Below, one piece after another: positions 1 to 9,679 of a DNA stretch of 64,000 nt. Below the pieces are notes generated by a model, which had not been told where the DNA came from, did no database searches, and worked only from the letters and a program-made list of their open reading frames with translations. The stretch comes from an uncultured Alphaproteobacteria bacterium (GTDB lineage: Bacteria; Pseudomonadota; Alphaproteobacteria; UBA11222). Location: assembly GCA_947085295.1 (NCBI GenBank), contig CAMTVX010000044.1, positions 3,269 to 67,268 on the forward strand. The letters are read 5' to 3'. The first letter of the stretch is position 1. Every line of letters begins with the position of its first letter. The translations under genes and the position numbers were made by a program.

Positions 1-455
1 TCCGCCGCCGTCTTCTTGTCCGGCGCAAGAATATTTTGCCCCCATCCCATGCCGCTGGCGAAAATACCAAATGACGTCAGCATCTCCATGGAAGACGCCG
101 GAATGATGCCCGAAGGCGGTGATGGCGCCAACAAAACCATGCGCGAACCATGCCCGCGTGCGGCCAGCATCTGACACAGCAGCCCGCCCATCGAATGGCC
201 CATCAGAATGATTTCGCCATCCAGCGTCGCAATCAGCGCCTCAAGATCGCGCCGGTAATCTTTCAGGCCGGTGCGGGCAAGCGCCGTCGGAACCTGGCGA
301 TCCGGGACTTCGCCATGATGGCGCAAATCCGGCGCGACACAGCGATAGCCGCGCGCCTCAAAATAACCCTGGAAATTTTCAAACGCCCAGCCACCGCCAA
401 ACGCCCCATGCACCATCAGGATGGTCGACTTGCCCCTGGATTTTTTACCGTTCAT
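1..455 (-). CDS. Alpha/beta-fold hydrolase, N-terminal part (runs off the window edge; not in the ORF track)
   Basis: Manual translation from ATG at 455: MNGKKSRGKSTILMVHGAFGGGW...APDLRHHG...ILMGHSMGGLL, with the HG oxyanion motif and GxSxG nucleophile elbow. ATGA overlap with the rppH stop (452-455). Confidence 0.85.
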   Translation of the reverse strand, partial: MNGKKSRGKSTILMVHGAFGGGWAFENFQGYFEARGYRCVAPDLRHHGEVPDRQVPTALARTGLKDYRRDLEALIATLDGEIILMGHSMGGLLCQMLAARGHGSRMVLLAPSPPSGIIPASSMEMLTSFGIFASGMGWGQNILAPDKKTAA

Positions 456-997
456 GCGCGCGCCATGCGTTGCAGGGCTATGGCGTGTGGGCGGAACTCA
501 TCGACAATGCGGGCATAAACGTCGCGCTTGAAAGCCACCACCAGATCGCACACATCGTCAATGTCCACCCATTTCCAGGCGTCAAATTCCGGATGCGCGG
601 TCGCGATATTGATTTCACTGTCGGCGCCTTCGAAACGTAGCGCAAACCATTTCTGGGCTTGTCCACGATATCTGCCTGCCCATTTCATATCCGCAATTTC
701 CTTCGGTAAATCATAGCAATGCCATTGTCGGCTTTCGGCAATGATCGAAGCATTATTTGTGCCAACTTCTTCCAGCATTTCACGCATGACGGCCTGCGTC
801 GGGGTTTCGCCCGGGTCAATACCGCCCTGTGGCAATTGCCAGGGCTTGTCTATCAGCCTGGCAATCACATCATCCGTATCCACATCGTTGCGCCGTCCGG
901 CAAATATCTGTCCGTGCCGGTTCAGCAAAAAAATACCGGCGCATGGCCGGTAATTATCCGGTAACTGGTCGCTGACGAATTGTTTTAACCCGCTCAT
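452..997 (-). CDS. rppH: RNA pyrophosphohydrolase (Nudix)
   Basis: YRPCAGIFLLN, WQLPQGGIDPGETPTQAVMREMLEEVG Nudix box, YRGQAQKWF. Start placed at ATG 997 (ATGA overlap with the upstream gene). Confidence 0.93.
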   Translation of the reverse strand: MSGLKQFVSDQLPDNYRPCAGIFLLNRHGQIFAGRRNDVDTDDVIARLIDKPWQLPQGGIDPGETPTQAVMREMLEEVGTNNASIIAESRQWHCYDLPKEIADMKWAGRYRGQAQKWFALRFEGADSEINIATAHPEFDAWKWVDIDDVCDLVVAFKRDVYARIVDEFRPHAIALQRMARA

Positions 998-2163
998 TTT
1001 CTGTCTTCGGCAATTAATGCTGTAACCGGCACCAGATTTATTCCTTTTGCGTTTAACTGTTCCGCCCACAAACCAATGCGTTCAATCGTCAATGGAAATG
1101 GCGATCCAACGGCGGCAGCAAAACCTTCTGCAACGGCCTTTTTTTCCAGCTCCACCAGTTTTGCGTCAATGCCTGTGACGGTCAAATCTGTATCCAATTG
1201 CAGCATCGCGGAAACAAATGGCATATCAATCTGTCTGGCGACATCAGAAATTTTGCTGCGTGACGCCGACTGATTATCCACAATCATCAGTCCACGTCCC
1301 TTCAGTTCCGCCATAACCGGACCAAGCGCTGTTTCGGCGGTGGAGAATTTTCCCCCAAAAAAGTTAATAACCCCTGCATAGCCGGAAAAGCGTGACATCA
1401 GCCATTCCAGCCGGTTGGTGTTTTCTTCCGCAGACAGGCTGGTCAGCAGCGCATGCGGGCCGGGATCATTCTCCGGGTAATTATAGGGTTCCATCGGCAG
1501 TTCCAGCAGCACTTCATGGCCCGACGCGCGGGCCTGCGTCACCCATTCCTGTAAACGCTCGCCATAGGGGGTAAAGGCCAAAGAAACCGGCGCTGGCAGA
1601 CGCTGTACCGCAAGGCGCGTCGGCACCTCGCTTAATCCCATGCCACTGATTACCACGGCAATCCGGGGCCGCCCGTCGGCCGGTGGGGCCGGGTGCGCAT
1701 AGACATGCCAGGCCCGCGCGCCATCCTCGGCGATACGCGGCAATGGCCCGACAACGGTCTGTTCCACCAGCATGGGATCGGGCACCGGCGCCAGGCTGAT
1801 TTTTCCATCCGGCGAAACCGTAACCGGCAATGTCCGGCGATCTGTGGGCACGGCAGGCCTGGTTGTCGACACGGGTGTGCTCGCGGCCATGTCCGGCTTC
1901 GTCGGCGCCATTAATTCTTCGACCTGGAATTCTTCGATCTGGCCGTTGCCTGTTGCATCCAGCGTCAGGGAAACGCTGGGAATGGCAGTGCCGCCATTAC
2001 CCCCCAGCGCCAGCCAGCCAACCACACCACCCAGAATCGCCAGCAAAAGGAAGCTGGCGATAAGAACCGGACCCGGCCCGGAACGGGGCGCATCATCCCC
2101 CGCTTCTGGTATTGCATTTCTGGACGGGCCGGGGCGTCCGCGCCGGGCAGGTTTACGCGCCAA
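994..2163 (-). CDS. Divergent polysaccharide deacetylase family protein (YibQ-like) with N-terminal membrane anchor
   Basis: PRIAVVISGMG, VSLAFTPYG, GHEVLLELPMEP, GVINFFGGKF motifs; canonical position after ctpA. Confidence 0.88.
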   Translation of the reverse strand: MARKPARRGRPGPSRNAIPEAGDDAPRSGPGPVLIASFLLLAILGGVVGWLALGGNGGTAIPSVSLTLDATGNGQIEEFQVEELMAPTKPDMAASTPVSTTRPAVPTDRRTLPVTVSPDGKISLAPVPDPMLVEQTVVGPLPRIAEDGARAWHVYAHPAPPADGRPRIAVVISGMGLSEVPTRLAVQRLPAPVSLAFTPYGERLQEWVTQARASGHEVLLELPMEPYNYPENDPGPHALLTSLSAEENTNRLEWLMSRFSGYAGVINFFGGKFSTAETALGPVMAELKGRGLMIVDNQSASRSKISDVARQIDMPFVSAMLQLDTDLTVTGIDAKLVELEKKAVAEGFAAAVGSPFPLTIERIGLWAEQLNAKGINLVPVTALIAEDRK

Positions 2164-2189
2164 TTTTGACCATCAATAAATGTTTCCCG

Positions 2190-3554
2190 TTAATTTACTG
2201 TCCGCTGTGCCATCAGGGACATGCCACGCAACAGATCCAGCGCATAGCTTAGCTGATAATCAGCAGGTGCTGTTTCACCGGAGACTTTATCTGATTCGGG
2301 ACCGCCTACGGGAGTGTCTTTTGCGGGGGCCTGACCTGGCGCAACAACTGGCGCGTCCTTGCTTGCGGGTTTTTCGTCTGTGGGCTTTTTCACGCCGCCT
2401 TCCAGATGGCTGCGTAAATCCGCTTCGCTGCGCAGACGCTTAGGCTCAACCACTTCGAGTTTTGCCTGTTCAACCTTGATGTCCGGTTCAATGCCGGTTG
2501 CCTGAATGGAACGCCCGGACGGTGTGAAATATTTGGCGGTGGTCATGCGCAAGGCGCCCTTGCCGCTCAGCGGAATGATTGTCTGAACTGATCCCTTGCC
2601 GAAACTTGTCGTGCCCAGCACGATGCCGCGATGATGATCCTGCAATGCACCCGCGACAATTTCTGACGCGCTGGCTGAACCGCCATTGATAATGACGATA
2701 ACGGGCTTGCCTTCGGTCAGATCGCCCTTGGTGGCGCTGTAACGCTGAATGTCATCGGGGTGACGGCCGCGCGTGGAAACAATTTCACCGCGTTCCAGAA
2801 ATGTATCGCTAACCGAAATCGCCTGATCCAAAAGCCCGCCAGGATTGTTACGCAAATCCAGAACCACGCCCTGGAAATTGGCGCCGATCTCTTTTTTCAG
2901 TTTCACAAGGTTTTCCACCACGCCGTCATTGGTATGTTCGTTGAAAGCGGTGATGCGAATATAGACCACATCCTTTTCACGCCTGGCGCGAACCGATTGC
3001 ACGGTGATTACGGCGCGCTTCAGCACAACATCAAATGGTTCCGCCGTGCCTTCACGAACGACAACAAGCTTTATTTCCGTATTTACCGGGCCGCGCATCA
3101 AATCAACGGCCTCTTTCAGGTTCATGCCCATAACCTGCTTGCCATCCAGATGCGTAATATAATCACCGGACTGAATACCGGCCTTGGCGGCGGGGGTATC
3201 GTCTATGGGTGTCACGACCTTGACGACACCATTTTCCATGGTGACTTCGATGCCAAGACCGCCAAATTCACCGCGCGTCTGCACCTGCATATCGCGATAG
3301 GCGTCGGCGTTCAGAAAACTCGAATGCGGGTCCAGTGAGGACAGCATGCCATTGATGGCTGCTTCGACAAGTTCATTGTCCTTGGACTCAACCACATGAT
3401 CGTTGCGCACCCGTTCGAATATATCTCCGAACAGATTAAGCTGTTCATATGTTTCCGCGCTGGCGGCGAATGCCGCACCGGATGGCGTCAACAGGATAGC
3501 CAGCATTGCGCCCGATAGCCATAAGCGCATTTTACCTTTTGATTGCATGAACAT
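2190..3554 (-). CDS. ctpA: S41 C-terminal processing peptidase (PDZ domain)
   Basis: LDPHS, GLGIEV PDZ loop, DLRNNPGGLL, SASASEIVAGALQDH, TSFGKGSVQ motifs. Confidence 0.95.
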   Translation of the reverse strand: MFMQSKGKMRLWLSGAMLAILLTPSGAAFAASAETYEQLNLFGDIFERVRNDHVVESKDNELVEAAINGMLSSLDPHSSFLNADAYRDMQVQTRGEFGGLGIEVTMENGVVKVVTPIDDTPAAKAGIQSGDYITHLDGKQVMGMNLKEAVDLMRGPVNTEIKLVVVREGTAEPFDVVLKRAVITVQSVRARREKDVVYIRITAFNEHTNDGVVENLVKLKKEIGANFQGVVLDLRNNPGGLLDQAISVSDTFLERGEIVSTRGRHPDDIQRYSATKGDLTEGKPVIVIINGGSASASEIVAGALQDHHRGIVLGTTSFGKGSVQTIIPLSGKGALRMTTAKYFTPSGRSIQATGIEPDIKVEQAKLEVVEPKRLRSEADLRSHLEGGVKKPTDEKPASKDAPVVAPGQAPAKDTPVGGPESDKVSGETAPADYQLSYALDLLRGMSLMAQRTVN

Positions 3555-4783
3555 TAGCCACTTACCTTCTTTTCGCTGACTTTCAACCAGGGCATAGGAT
3601 TGAACGGTTTCCCATCCTTGCGGAATTCGACATACAGATCACGCAGATCTGACCCACCATCGGCGCCAGAAAGCGCAGCCTCTTCGCCCTTTGGACCGGT
3701 TCCCATCCGCCCAATCGGCTGTCCTTGTGTCACATTCTGTCCAACGACACCATGCACCAATGACAGCCCCGAGAGTAATATATGGTATCCCTCTCCCGCT
3801 TCCAGGATCAATAATTGACCATAAGCGCGAAATGGTCCTGCAAACACTATTTTTCCATCAAATGGGGCGATCACTTCAGCACTTTCGCGGGTGCGGATGC
3901 TCATACCCCTGCGGGTCGTACCGGAATTATCCCTCGCGCCAAAATTTGCGACAATCTTGCCCCGGGCGGGCATTGTCAGCATACCCATGGCCGCGCTGAA
4001 TAATACAGGGCGCGACGTTTCAGGTGCAGGCGGAGCGGGGGAAAGCAGTGCATATTCCTGCGCTTCCGGCTTTTCTTCGGGGGCGGCTGCCGACGGTAGG
4101 GCCTGCGGTCTGGGGCGCGGCTGTCCGCCGGGTTTTGTTTCTGTATCGGCTGTATTATTCAGCCGGGTCAGCAAATCACCCGCGTCCCTGGCGTTTTTTG
4201 CCAGCGCGGTCATGGCGTCGGCTTTTGCGGCGGCTGCTTCTATAAGTGCCGATTGCTGGCCATTTTGCGCAATCAGCAGGCCGGTCAGCGCCTTTTGCTC
4301 TTCCTGAAGCTCCTCCAGCCGGGATACGTGCAGATCGCGCTCTTCCGTCATGACGGCTTCCAGTTGATCAATTTCGGTCAGGTTTTCGCGCAGAACCGCT
4401 GCTTCCTGATCAACCCCCTTGATTACCGCCCCCAGCAGGGTGGCGCCGCGTACATGCGTGATCGCCGCATCCGTGCGCACCAGCAGCAGCGCAGGCGGTT
4501 GGCGCCCCAGCCTTTGCATGGCCGCCAATATTTGCGACAGATCACCGCGCTGCGCGTCAAACCGGGCCAGTTGGCTGCGCCGCCGCAATTTCAGTTCATC
4601 CAGCCGGCTTTCACTATCCAGAACGTCCTGTTCGCGCGCCTGGATCAGCATGGCGGTCTGCACCAGTTTTGCATTGAGTTCAGGTTCCGTATTTTCAGGT
4701 TCCGATTGCGCCATGACCGATACGCCCCATAACGGACCGCAAAGGGCCGCCGTTAGTGACACTCTGATCAAGAAATTGCGCAA
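3554..4783 (-). CDS. envC: Murein hydrolase activator EnvC family (coiled coil plus M23 domain)
   Basis: Long coiled coil followed by PARGKIVANFG...APFDGKIVFAGPFRAYGQLLILE...LYVEFRKDGKPFNP; upstream of ctpA. TTG start. Confidence 0.85.
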   Translation of the reverse strand: MRNFLIRVSLTAALCGPLWGVSVMAQSEPENTEPELNAKLVQTAMLIQAREQDVLDSESRLDELKLRRRSQLARFDAQRGDLSQILAAMQRLGRQPPALLLVRTDAAITHVRGATLLGAVIKGVDQEAAVLRENLTEIDQLEAVMTEERDLHVSRLEELQEEQKALTGLLIAQNGQQSALIEAAAAKADAMTALAKNARDAGDLLTRLNNTADTETKPGGQPRPRPQALPSAAAPEEKPEAQEYALLSPAPPAPETSRPVLFSAAMGMLTMPARGKIVANFGARDNSGTTRRGMSIRTRESAEVIAPFDGKIVFAGPFRAYGQLLILEAGEGYHILLSGLSLVHGVVGQNVTQGQPIGRMGTGPKGEEAALSGADGGSDLRDLYVEFRKDGKPFNPMPWLKVSEKKVSG

Positions 4784-4876
4784 GAATCAAAACCTGTTTT
4801 GCCGTGAACGATTCACGCGGGATTATCCGTAAAATACTGTCTGCGCCGCAACAAGTCCACCCGCGCAATATATCCG

Positions 4877-7800
4877 CTACACTGCGGGGGATGATTGGCC
4901 AGAATGGTTACCAGACGGTAAATTTGTTCCGCCCGCAGCTTTTGCCGGTCTTAACAGGATGGTCAGGCACAGAATATAGAACATCAGAACAAGGCGCGGC
5001 TGATCGAACGTGCTTACCGTCATCCCCGTTATCAGAAAGCCTGTCAGGGACGCCAGCAGCACCGCCGCAAGCCTGTCTCCCGCTGCAATCTGACGCGCCA
5101 GCGCCGCAAGTGTAAGCGCCAATAAGGCCCCCACCGCCAGCAATCCCAGCCACCCCTGATCGATCAACAGGCCCACGGCCAGATTTTTTGTGTGCCAGAA
5201 CAAATGTGCGTCTGACGTCCAGAACCAGTGATCGGAAAGCCGGTCAAACTCGCCATTCGCAACGAGATTGATTTCATTTTCTTTCGTAATACTGATTGCG
5301 TCGATATCAACGCCATGCAGGGGCGCGTTATTAACCCAAAACGATAATCTGGTTGGGCGGGGAAAAACCAGGCCAGAGACAGACCCGGCATACCCAATTT
5401 CACCGGTCTTTATTATCCCCCTGTAAGTTTGCCACCCCTCCCCATTCTCCTGAACCTGAAATATAGCATAGGTGCAATTATACGAGCTAATCAGCCATTT
5501 ATCACATAATGCAACTGTCAGGGAGGCGTTTGGCTCGGATGTGCGAAGTCTGACGCTCACTTGATAGGTGTTATCCGCATCGATGTGGATTGCCTGCCCC
5601 ATATACTGGGGCAGGCCGGACCACATCCGCATGAAACCATCATCCCCGTCACGGATAAAATCTGTGCGGGATGACCGCAGCTCAATTGTCCTGCTTTCTT
5701 GGCTAAGTCGTGGAAAACTGCCAAGGCCCATGCCTAAAAATTTTGTGGCAAGGGTATCGTCGCGCATGCTCAATGCGGCGCGCCAATGATTATACCGGGT
5801 TTCAGCGTCCGGCATGGTCCCCTCAAATCTTTCTCCCATATAGGTCCGGGAAAGCATGGGCAGGCCCACCATCGAAATCAGAACAACAGCACCTGATCCC
5901 AAAGCGACGGTAATAAATCCACGACGCCAGCCCGGGCGGCTCGCCAACAGCCCCAGCATGCCTACGCCAAAAGCAATCACTACCGCGATGAGGGGGCCGC
6001 GAGAGGCCGTGGCCATCAAAGTGTAGAATGATAGTAGCCCCATGCCTATGGTAACCGGCAATAGCGCCCACCAGCGGCGATCAAGCAATAACATAGCCAG
6101 CAGCGGCATGGTTGTCGCCAGCCATACATCGATGGGACCATCTCCGGTATGCAAGCTGGAAAATGTTGCAGCGATCCGGTGGTCAGAATTCCATTCAAAC
6201 AATCCCGCAAAAATCCAGTGTTCGTACACCCCAACCACGCTGACACCAAAAAGGCCCAGCAAAAGACCCCGCAACAACAGGTGCGTGGCGTCGCTGTCCT
6301 GTGCGATGGCGCGCCTTAGCGGGTTGAACAGCAGCAGCGCCCACACAAACCCCTTGCCGACCCGCAAGCTGTTATAGGGGCTAAAATAGTCAGCAAATGA
6401 ATTGGGCGTTATGGGCGGCGGCGGCCAAAGCTGTAACAGTGTGCTGAGCAGGTATGACACGGCCAGAAGCGTCAAAACCAGTTTCAGGTTTCTCGAAAGC
6501 GGCGGCAGCGGCTCTGCGCCGTTTTCACGCAGCGCAAGAACGCCCGCTGTTAACAGAACAAGGGCGTCAAATTCATCAAAGAAAAACCGGCCTGACCAGG
6601 GCGCAAGATCAAAGACCGGCAACATTGCAGGTACTATAATCAGCCAGAGTCCCGGCCGACGCCACAGGAAAATGGCGTACAGTGTAAAAGCCGCCGCTAT
6701 AGGCAGGCGCAGGACCGGAAAATCCACCACGAACCAGATAGTGATCGCCAGTAAAGACAATACGTAGGGAATCCGCGCGCGCCGCTGCGTCACAAAATGC
6801 ATTGCAGACTGAGCGTTGATTTTAGCGAAAGGCCTGTCTTGCGGCGCAGCTTCTACATTGCTTTCCGGTATTGACAAATCTGAGCCTAGCCGGACCGCCC
6901 ACTCACAGATGCGCTGCGTCAACGTCACCGCCGCGACGGCTATCAGGATATTGGTAAGATCTGGCCGCAGTCCCGTAGTGATGAGGCCCCCTGCTTCTAT
7001 TATGCCTGCAAATATGATTGCCCAAAATGCGCTATATATCAGGGGCCGTCTTTCTCCCGGCGCATTGCCATTAAGTGACTGGATAGCCCAGATGAAAACA
7101 CCCAACGGCGCATAGCTGACAGCAATGCTCATCAGGCTGGAAAAGGCTTCTTGTTCAGTCGTGAAATAATAGTAATAGAAAGGCATCCAGTGCATGGATG
7201 CGAGTACGTCTTCGATTTTGCCTTGCCCCGCGAAACCGGCATGCCACCCCCGCAAAACCGGCAGTATCGCCAGATAGAGTGGCGCAGCAAGCCAGATACC
7301 GGCCTTCAGCCAGGGGGTGAGGCGTAGCATGATCCTGGGTAGCAAATCTGTAATCTGGTGACCAAGCGCTGCGCCAAGCATCGCAACAGCAAAACTGCTG
7401 GCTTCCACGCGCCCCGAATACTGAAGCCATTGCAGCGCTTCGATCCCGCAGGTAAGCGCAAAGGCCGCCAGAACCGCCGAGGAAACACTGCGATTCCAGA
7501 TCAACCTAATCGCCATACCCAGCGGGAGTATGAGCGCAATTTGCAAAATCAGCGACGCCAGGCCGCGGATGCCGAATAAATTCTCCGGCGCCCATACGAA
7601 CGCCTTCGGGTCGGCCAACCGCGTTGCAATTTCATCCGCACTGACCAGAAAATCAAACGGGAACAGCGCAATAAAAATGTACCCCAGCAGATAAAGTCCA
7701 AGCGCTGCGGTTAATGTTTTGGGACCCCCGGACAGGGCATTGCGTATCGCTGTTACAATCTGCCTGCCCCACAACGCCCAGCCAAGGATACCGATACCGG

Positions 7801-9595
7801 TGCCCACAATTTCCGCAACCATATCATTGAGCGAGTAAGTGCGCGGCGCGGCCCAAACCTGTAAAAACTCAATGCAAACCGCCAGACCAATACCAACGAA
7901 CGCTGCGAAGATGGCCCCGCTCAGCCCCAGTCGGCTGGTGGCGCCATAGGCGAAAAATCCGATTGGCACATAAAGAATGAGATTGGCTACCAAATCGGCA
8001 CGGTTACGAAGGCCCAGGCCATACCATTTGAGATAGGAAAAATTCCCGAACATGTAACCAGCCGGCGCATCGCGGTATTCGAAGGGAAGCAGACTGCCAT
8101 ACAGGACAAATATTGCGGACAGACATGCTAGCATGGCCAACGCGCCGTATGGAATCGGCGCTGGCCGCTGCGTCGCAAAATTCATTACTGTGTGCGCGTT
8201 GCGTTTAGTTAAAGGTCTGTCTTGCGGCGCAGCTTCTAGATTGCTATCAGATATTGGACTTTCCAATAATAGCACATCTGGCCCCACCCGGGCCGCCCAC
8301 TCGCAGATGCGCTGCGTCAACGTCACCGCCGCGACGGCTATCAGGATATTAGTAAGGTCTGGCCGCAGTCCCGTAGTGATGAGGCCCCCTGCTTCTATTA
8401 TGCCTGCAAATATGATTGCCAAAAATGCGCTATATATCAGGGGCGGCCTTTCTTCCGGGGCTTTGCCATTAAAGATCCGGATCGCCCATATGAAAATGCC
8501 CAAAGGGGCATAGCTGATGGCAAGACTCAACAAGCTGGAAAAGGCATGTGGTACAGTGATGAAGTAGTAATAGTGGAAAGGCATCCAATGCATGGATGCG
8601 AGCACGTCTTCGATTTTGCTTTGGCCGGCGAAACCGGCATGCCACCCGCGCAAAACAGGCAGTATCGCCAGATAGAGCGGCGCAGCAAGCCAGATACCCG
8701 CTTTCAACCAGGGTGCAAGGCGCAGCATGATCTTCGGTAGCAAATCTGTAATCTGATGACCGAGCGCCGCGCCAAGCATCGCAACAGCAAAACTGCTGGC
8801 TTCAACGCGCCCTGAATACTGAAGCCATTGCAGCGCTTCGATCCCGCTGGTGAGCACAAAGGCCGCCAGGACAGCGGAGGCAACACCACGATTCCAGACA
8901 AGCTTAATCGCCATGCCCAATGGCATCATGAGCGCAATTTTCAAAATTAGGGACGCCAGGCCGTGGATCTCGAATAAATTCTCCGGCACCCATGCGAATG
9001 CATTCGGGTCGGCCAGCCGCATTGCGACCTCATCCGCACTAACCAGAAAATCGAACGGGAACAGCGCAATGAAACTGTAAACCAGCAGGTATAAACCAAG
9101 CCCCGCAGTCAATGTTTTGGGGCCACCGGACAGGGTGTTCTGCACCGCGCTTACGATCAGCCTGCCCCACAGCCCCCAGCCAAGGATACCGGCACCGGCG
9201 CCTATGATGTTTGCAACGATATCATTTAGAGAAGCCGTGCGAGGCGCGGCCCATATCTGCAAAAATTCAATACAGATAGCCAGGCTGGCGCCAAGTAACG
9301 CCGCCAAGATTGCCCCGCCTGACTTCTGGCGGCTCGTAGCGCCAAAGGCGAAAAATCCGATTGGCACATAAAGAATGAGATTGGTTACCCAATCGACTTG
9401 GTTATAATTTTCAGGGTTCGTCCAATTGAGATAGGAGAAATTCCCGAACGTGTACCCCGGCGGCGCATCGCGGTATTCAAAAGGAAGCAGGCTGCCATAT
9501 AGGACAAACAGTGCTGACAGGCATGCCAGCGTGGCAAGTATACCGTATGGAATCGATCGATTCTCTGACACGGCGCCCCCTGGATCAACACGCAT
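4877..9595 (-). CDS. Large polytopic membrane protein: tandemly duplicated VanZ-like region plus O-antigen ligase/Wzy_C-like region with a soluble beta-rich insert
   Basis: VanZ-like motifs (NLILYVPIGF...IEFLQ...SLNDIVAN) occur twice in near-identical ~460-aa units. C-terminal half has ASRGP, RYNHWRAALSM..LGMGLGSFP and HTKNL..LLIDQGWLG, which are O-antigen-ligase-like motifs. Confidence 0.7.
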   Translation of the reverse strand: MRVDPGGAVSENRSIPYGILATLACLSALFVLYGSLLPFEYRDAPPGYTFGNFSYLNWTNPENYNQVDWVTNLILYVPIGFFAFGATSRQKSGGAILAALLGASLAICIEFLQIWAAPRTASLNDIVANIIGAGAGILGWGLWGRLIVSAVQNTLSGGPKTLTAGLGLYLLVYSFIALFPFDFLVSADEVAMRLADPNAFAWVPENLFEIHGLASLILKIALMMPLGMAIKLVWNRGVASAVLAAFVLTSGIEALQWLQYSGRVEASSFAVAMLGAALGHQITDLLPKIMLRLAPWLKAGIWLAAPLYLAILPVLRGWHAGFAGQSKIEDVLASMHWMPFHYYYFITVPHAFSSLLSLAISYAPLGIFIWAIRIFNGKAPEERPPLIYSAFLAIIFAGIIEAGGLITTGLRPDLTNILIAVAAVTLTQRICEWAARVGPDVLLLESPISDSNLEAAPQDRPLTKRNAHTVMNFATQRPAPIPYGALAMLACLSAIFVLYGSLLPFEYRDAPAGYMFGNFSYLKWYGLGLRNRADLVANLILYVPIGFFAYGATSRLGLSGAIFAAFVGIGLAVCIEFLQVWAAPRTYSLNDMVAEIVGTGIGILGWALWGRQIVTAIRNALSGGPKTLTAALGLYLLGYIFIALFPFDFLVSADEIATRLADPKAFVWAPENLFGIRGLASLILQIALILPLGMAIRLIWNRSVSSAVLAAFALTCGIEALQWLQYSGRVEASSFAVAMLGAALGHQITDLLPRIMLRLTPWLKAGIWLAAPLYLAILPVLRGWHAGFAGQGKIEDVLASMHWMPFYYYYFTTEQEAFSSLMSIAVSYAPLGVFIWAIQSLNGNAPGERRPLIYSAFWAIIFAGIIEAGGLITTGLRPDLTNILIAVAAVTLTQRICEWAVRLGSDLSIPESNVEAAPQDRPFAKINAQSAMHFVTQRRARIPYVLSLLAITIWFVVDFPVLRLPIAAAFTLYAIFLWRRPGLWLIIVPAMLPVFDLAPWSGRFFFDEFDALVLLTAGVLALRENGAEPLPPLSRNLKLVLTLLAVSYLLSTLLQLWPPPPITPNSFADYFSPYNSLRVGKGFVWALLLFNPLRRAIAQDSDATHLLLRGLLLGLFGVSVVGVYEHWIFAGLFEWNSDHRIAATFSSLHTGDGPIDVWLATTMPLLAMLLLDRRWWALLPVTIGMGLLSFYTLMATASRGPLIAVVIAFGVGMLGLLASRPGWRRGFITVALGSGAVVLISMVGLPMLSRTYMGERFEGTMPDAETRYNHWRAALSMRDDTLATKFLGMGLGSFPRLSQESRTIELRSSRTDFIRDGDDGFMRMWSGLPQYMGQAIHIDADNTYQVSVRLRTSEPNASLTVALCDKWLISSYNCTYAIFQVQENGEGWQTYRGIIKTGEIGYAGSVSGLVFPRPTRLSFWVNNAPLHGVDIDAISITKENEINLVANGEFDRLSDHWFWTSDAHLFWHTKNLAVGLLIDQGWLGLLAVGALLALTLAALARQIAAGDRLAAVLLASLTGFLITGMTVSTFDQPRLVLMFYILCLTILLRPAKAAGGTNLPSGNHSGQSSPAV
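4888..4933 (-). repeat. Relic copy of the rlmH 3' end (attR-like); 46-bp imperfect direct repeat of 9695-9740
   Basis: GGGATGATTGGCCAGAATGGTTACCAGACGGTAAATTTGTTCCGCC vs GGGATGATTGGCCAGAATGCTTACCGCACGGTAAATTTGTTCCGCC, 43/46 identical. In the rlmH frame it reads AEQIYRLVTILANHP vs AEQIYRAVSILANHP. Confidence 0.93.
6775..9555 (-). repeat. Intragenic tandem duplication, two units of ~1.39 kb (about 6775-8157 and 8158-9555)
   Basis: Anchor CCGTATGGAATCG at 9543 and 8145 (offset 1398); CGTAGGGAATC at 6763 vs CGTATGGAATC at 8146 (offset 1383). Long stretches are nearly identical at DNA level, e.g. 7141-7450 vs 8540-8850. Confidence 0.95.
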
Positions 9596-9679
9596 TCAGA
9601 ACTACCTGTGATTATTGCAAAGGCCGAAAAACAACGAGCTGTAACAATTTACGGGCGCACCAGCCATCATTTATTCGCC

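Noticed and set aside
4877-9595. Glycopeptide-resistance locus because of VanZ
   Set aside because: No vanHAX/vanRS genes; VanZ-like domains are common in unrelated membrane proteins.
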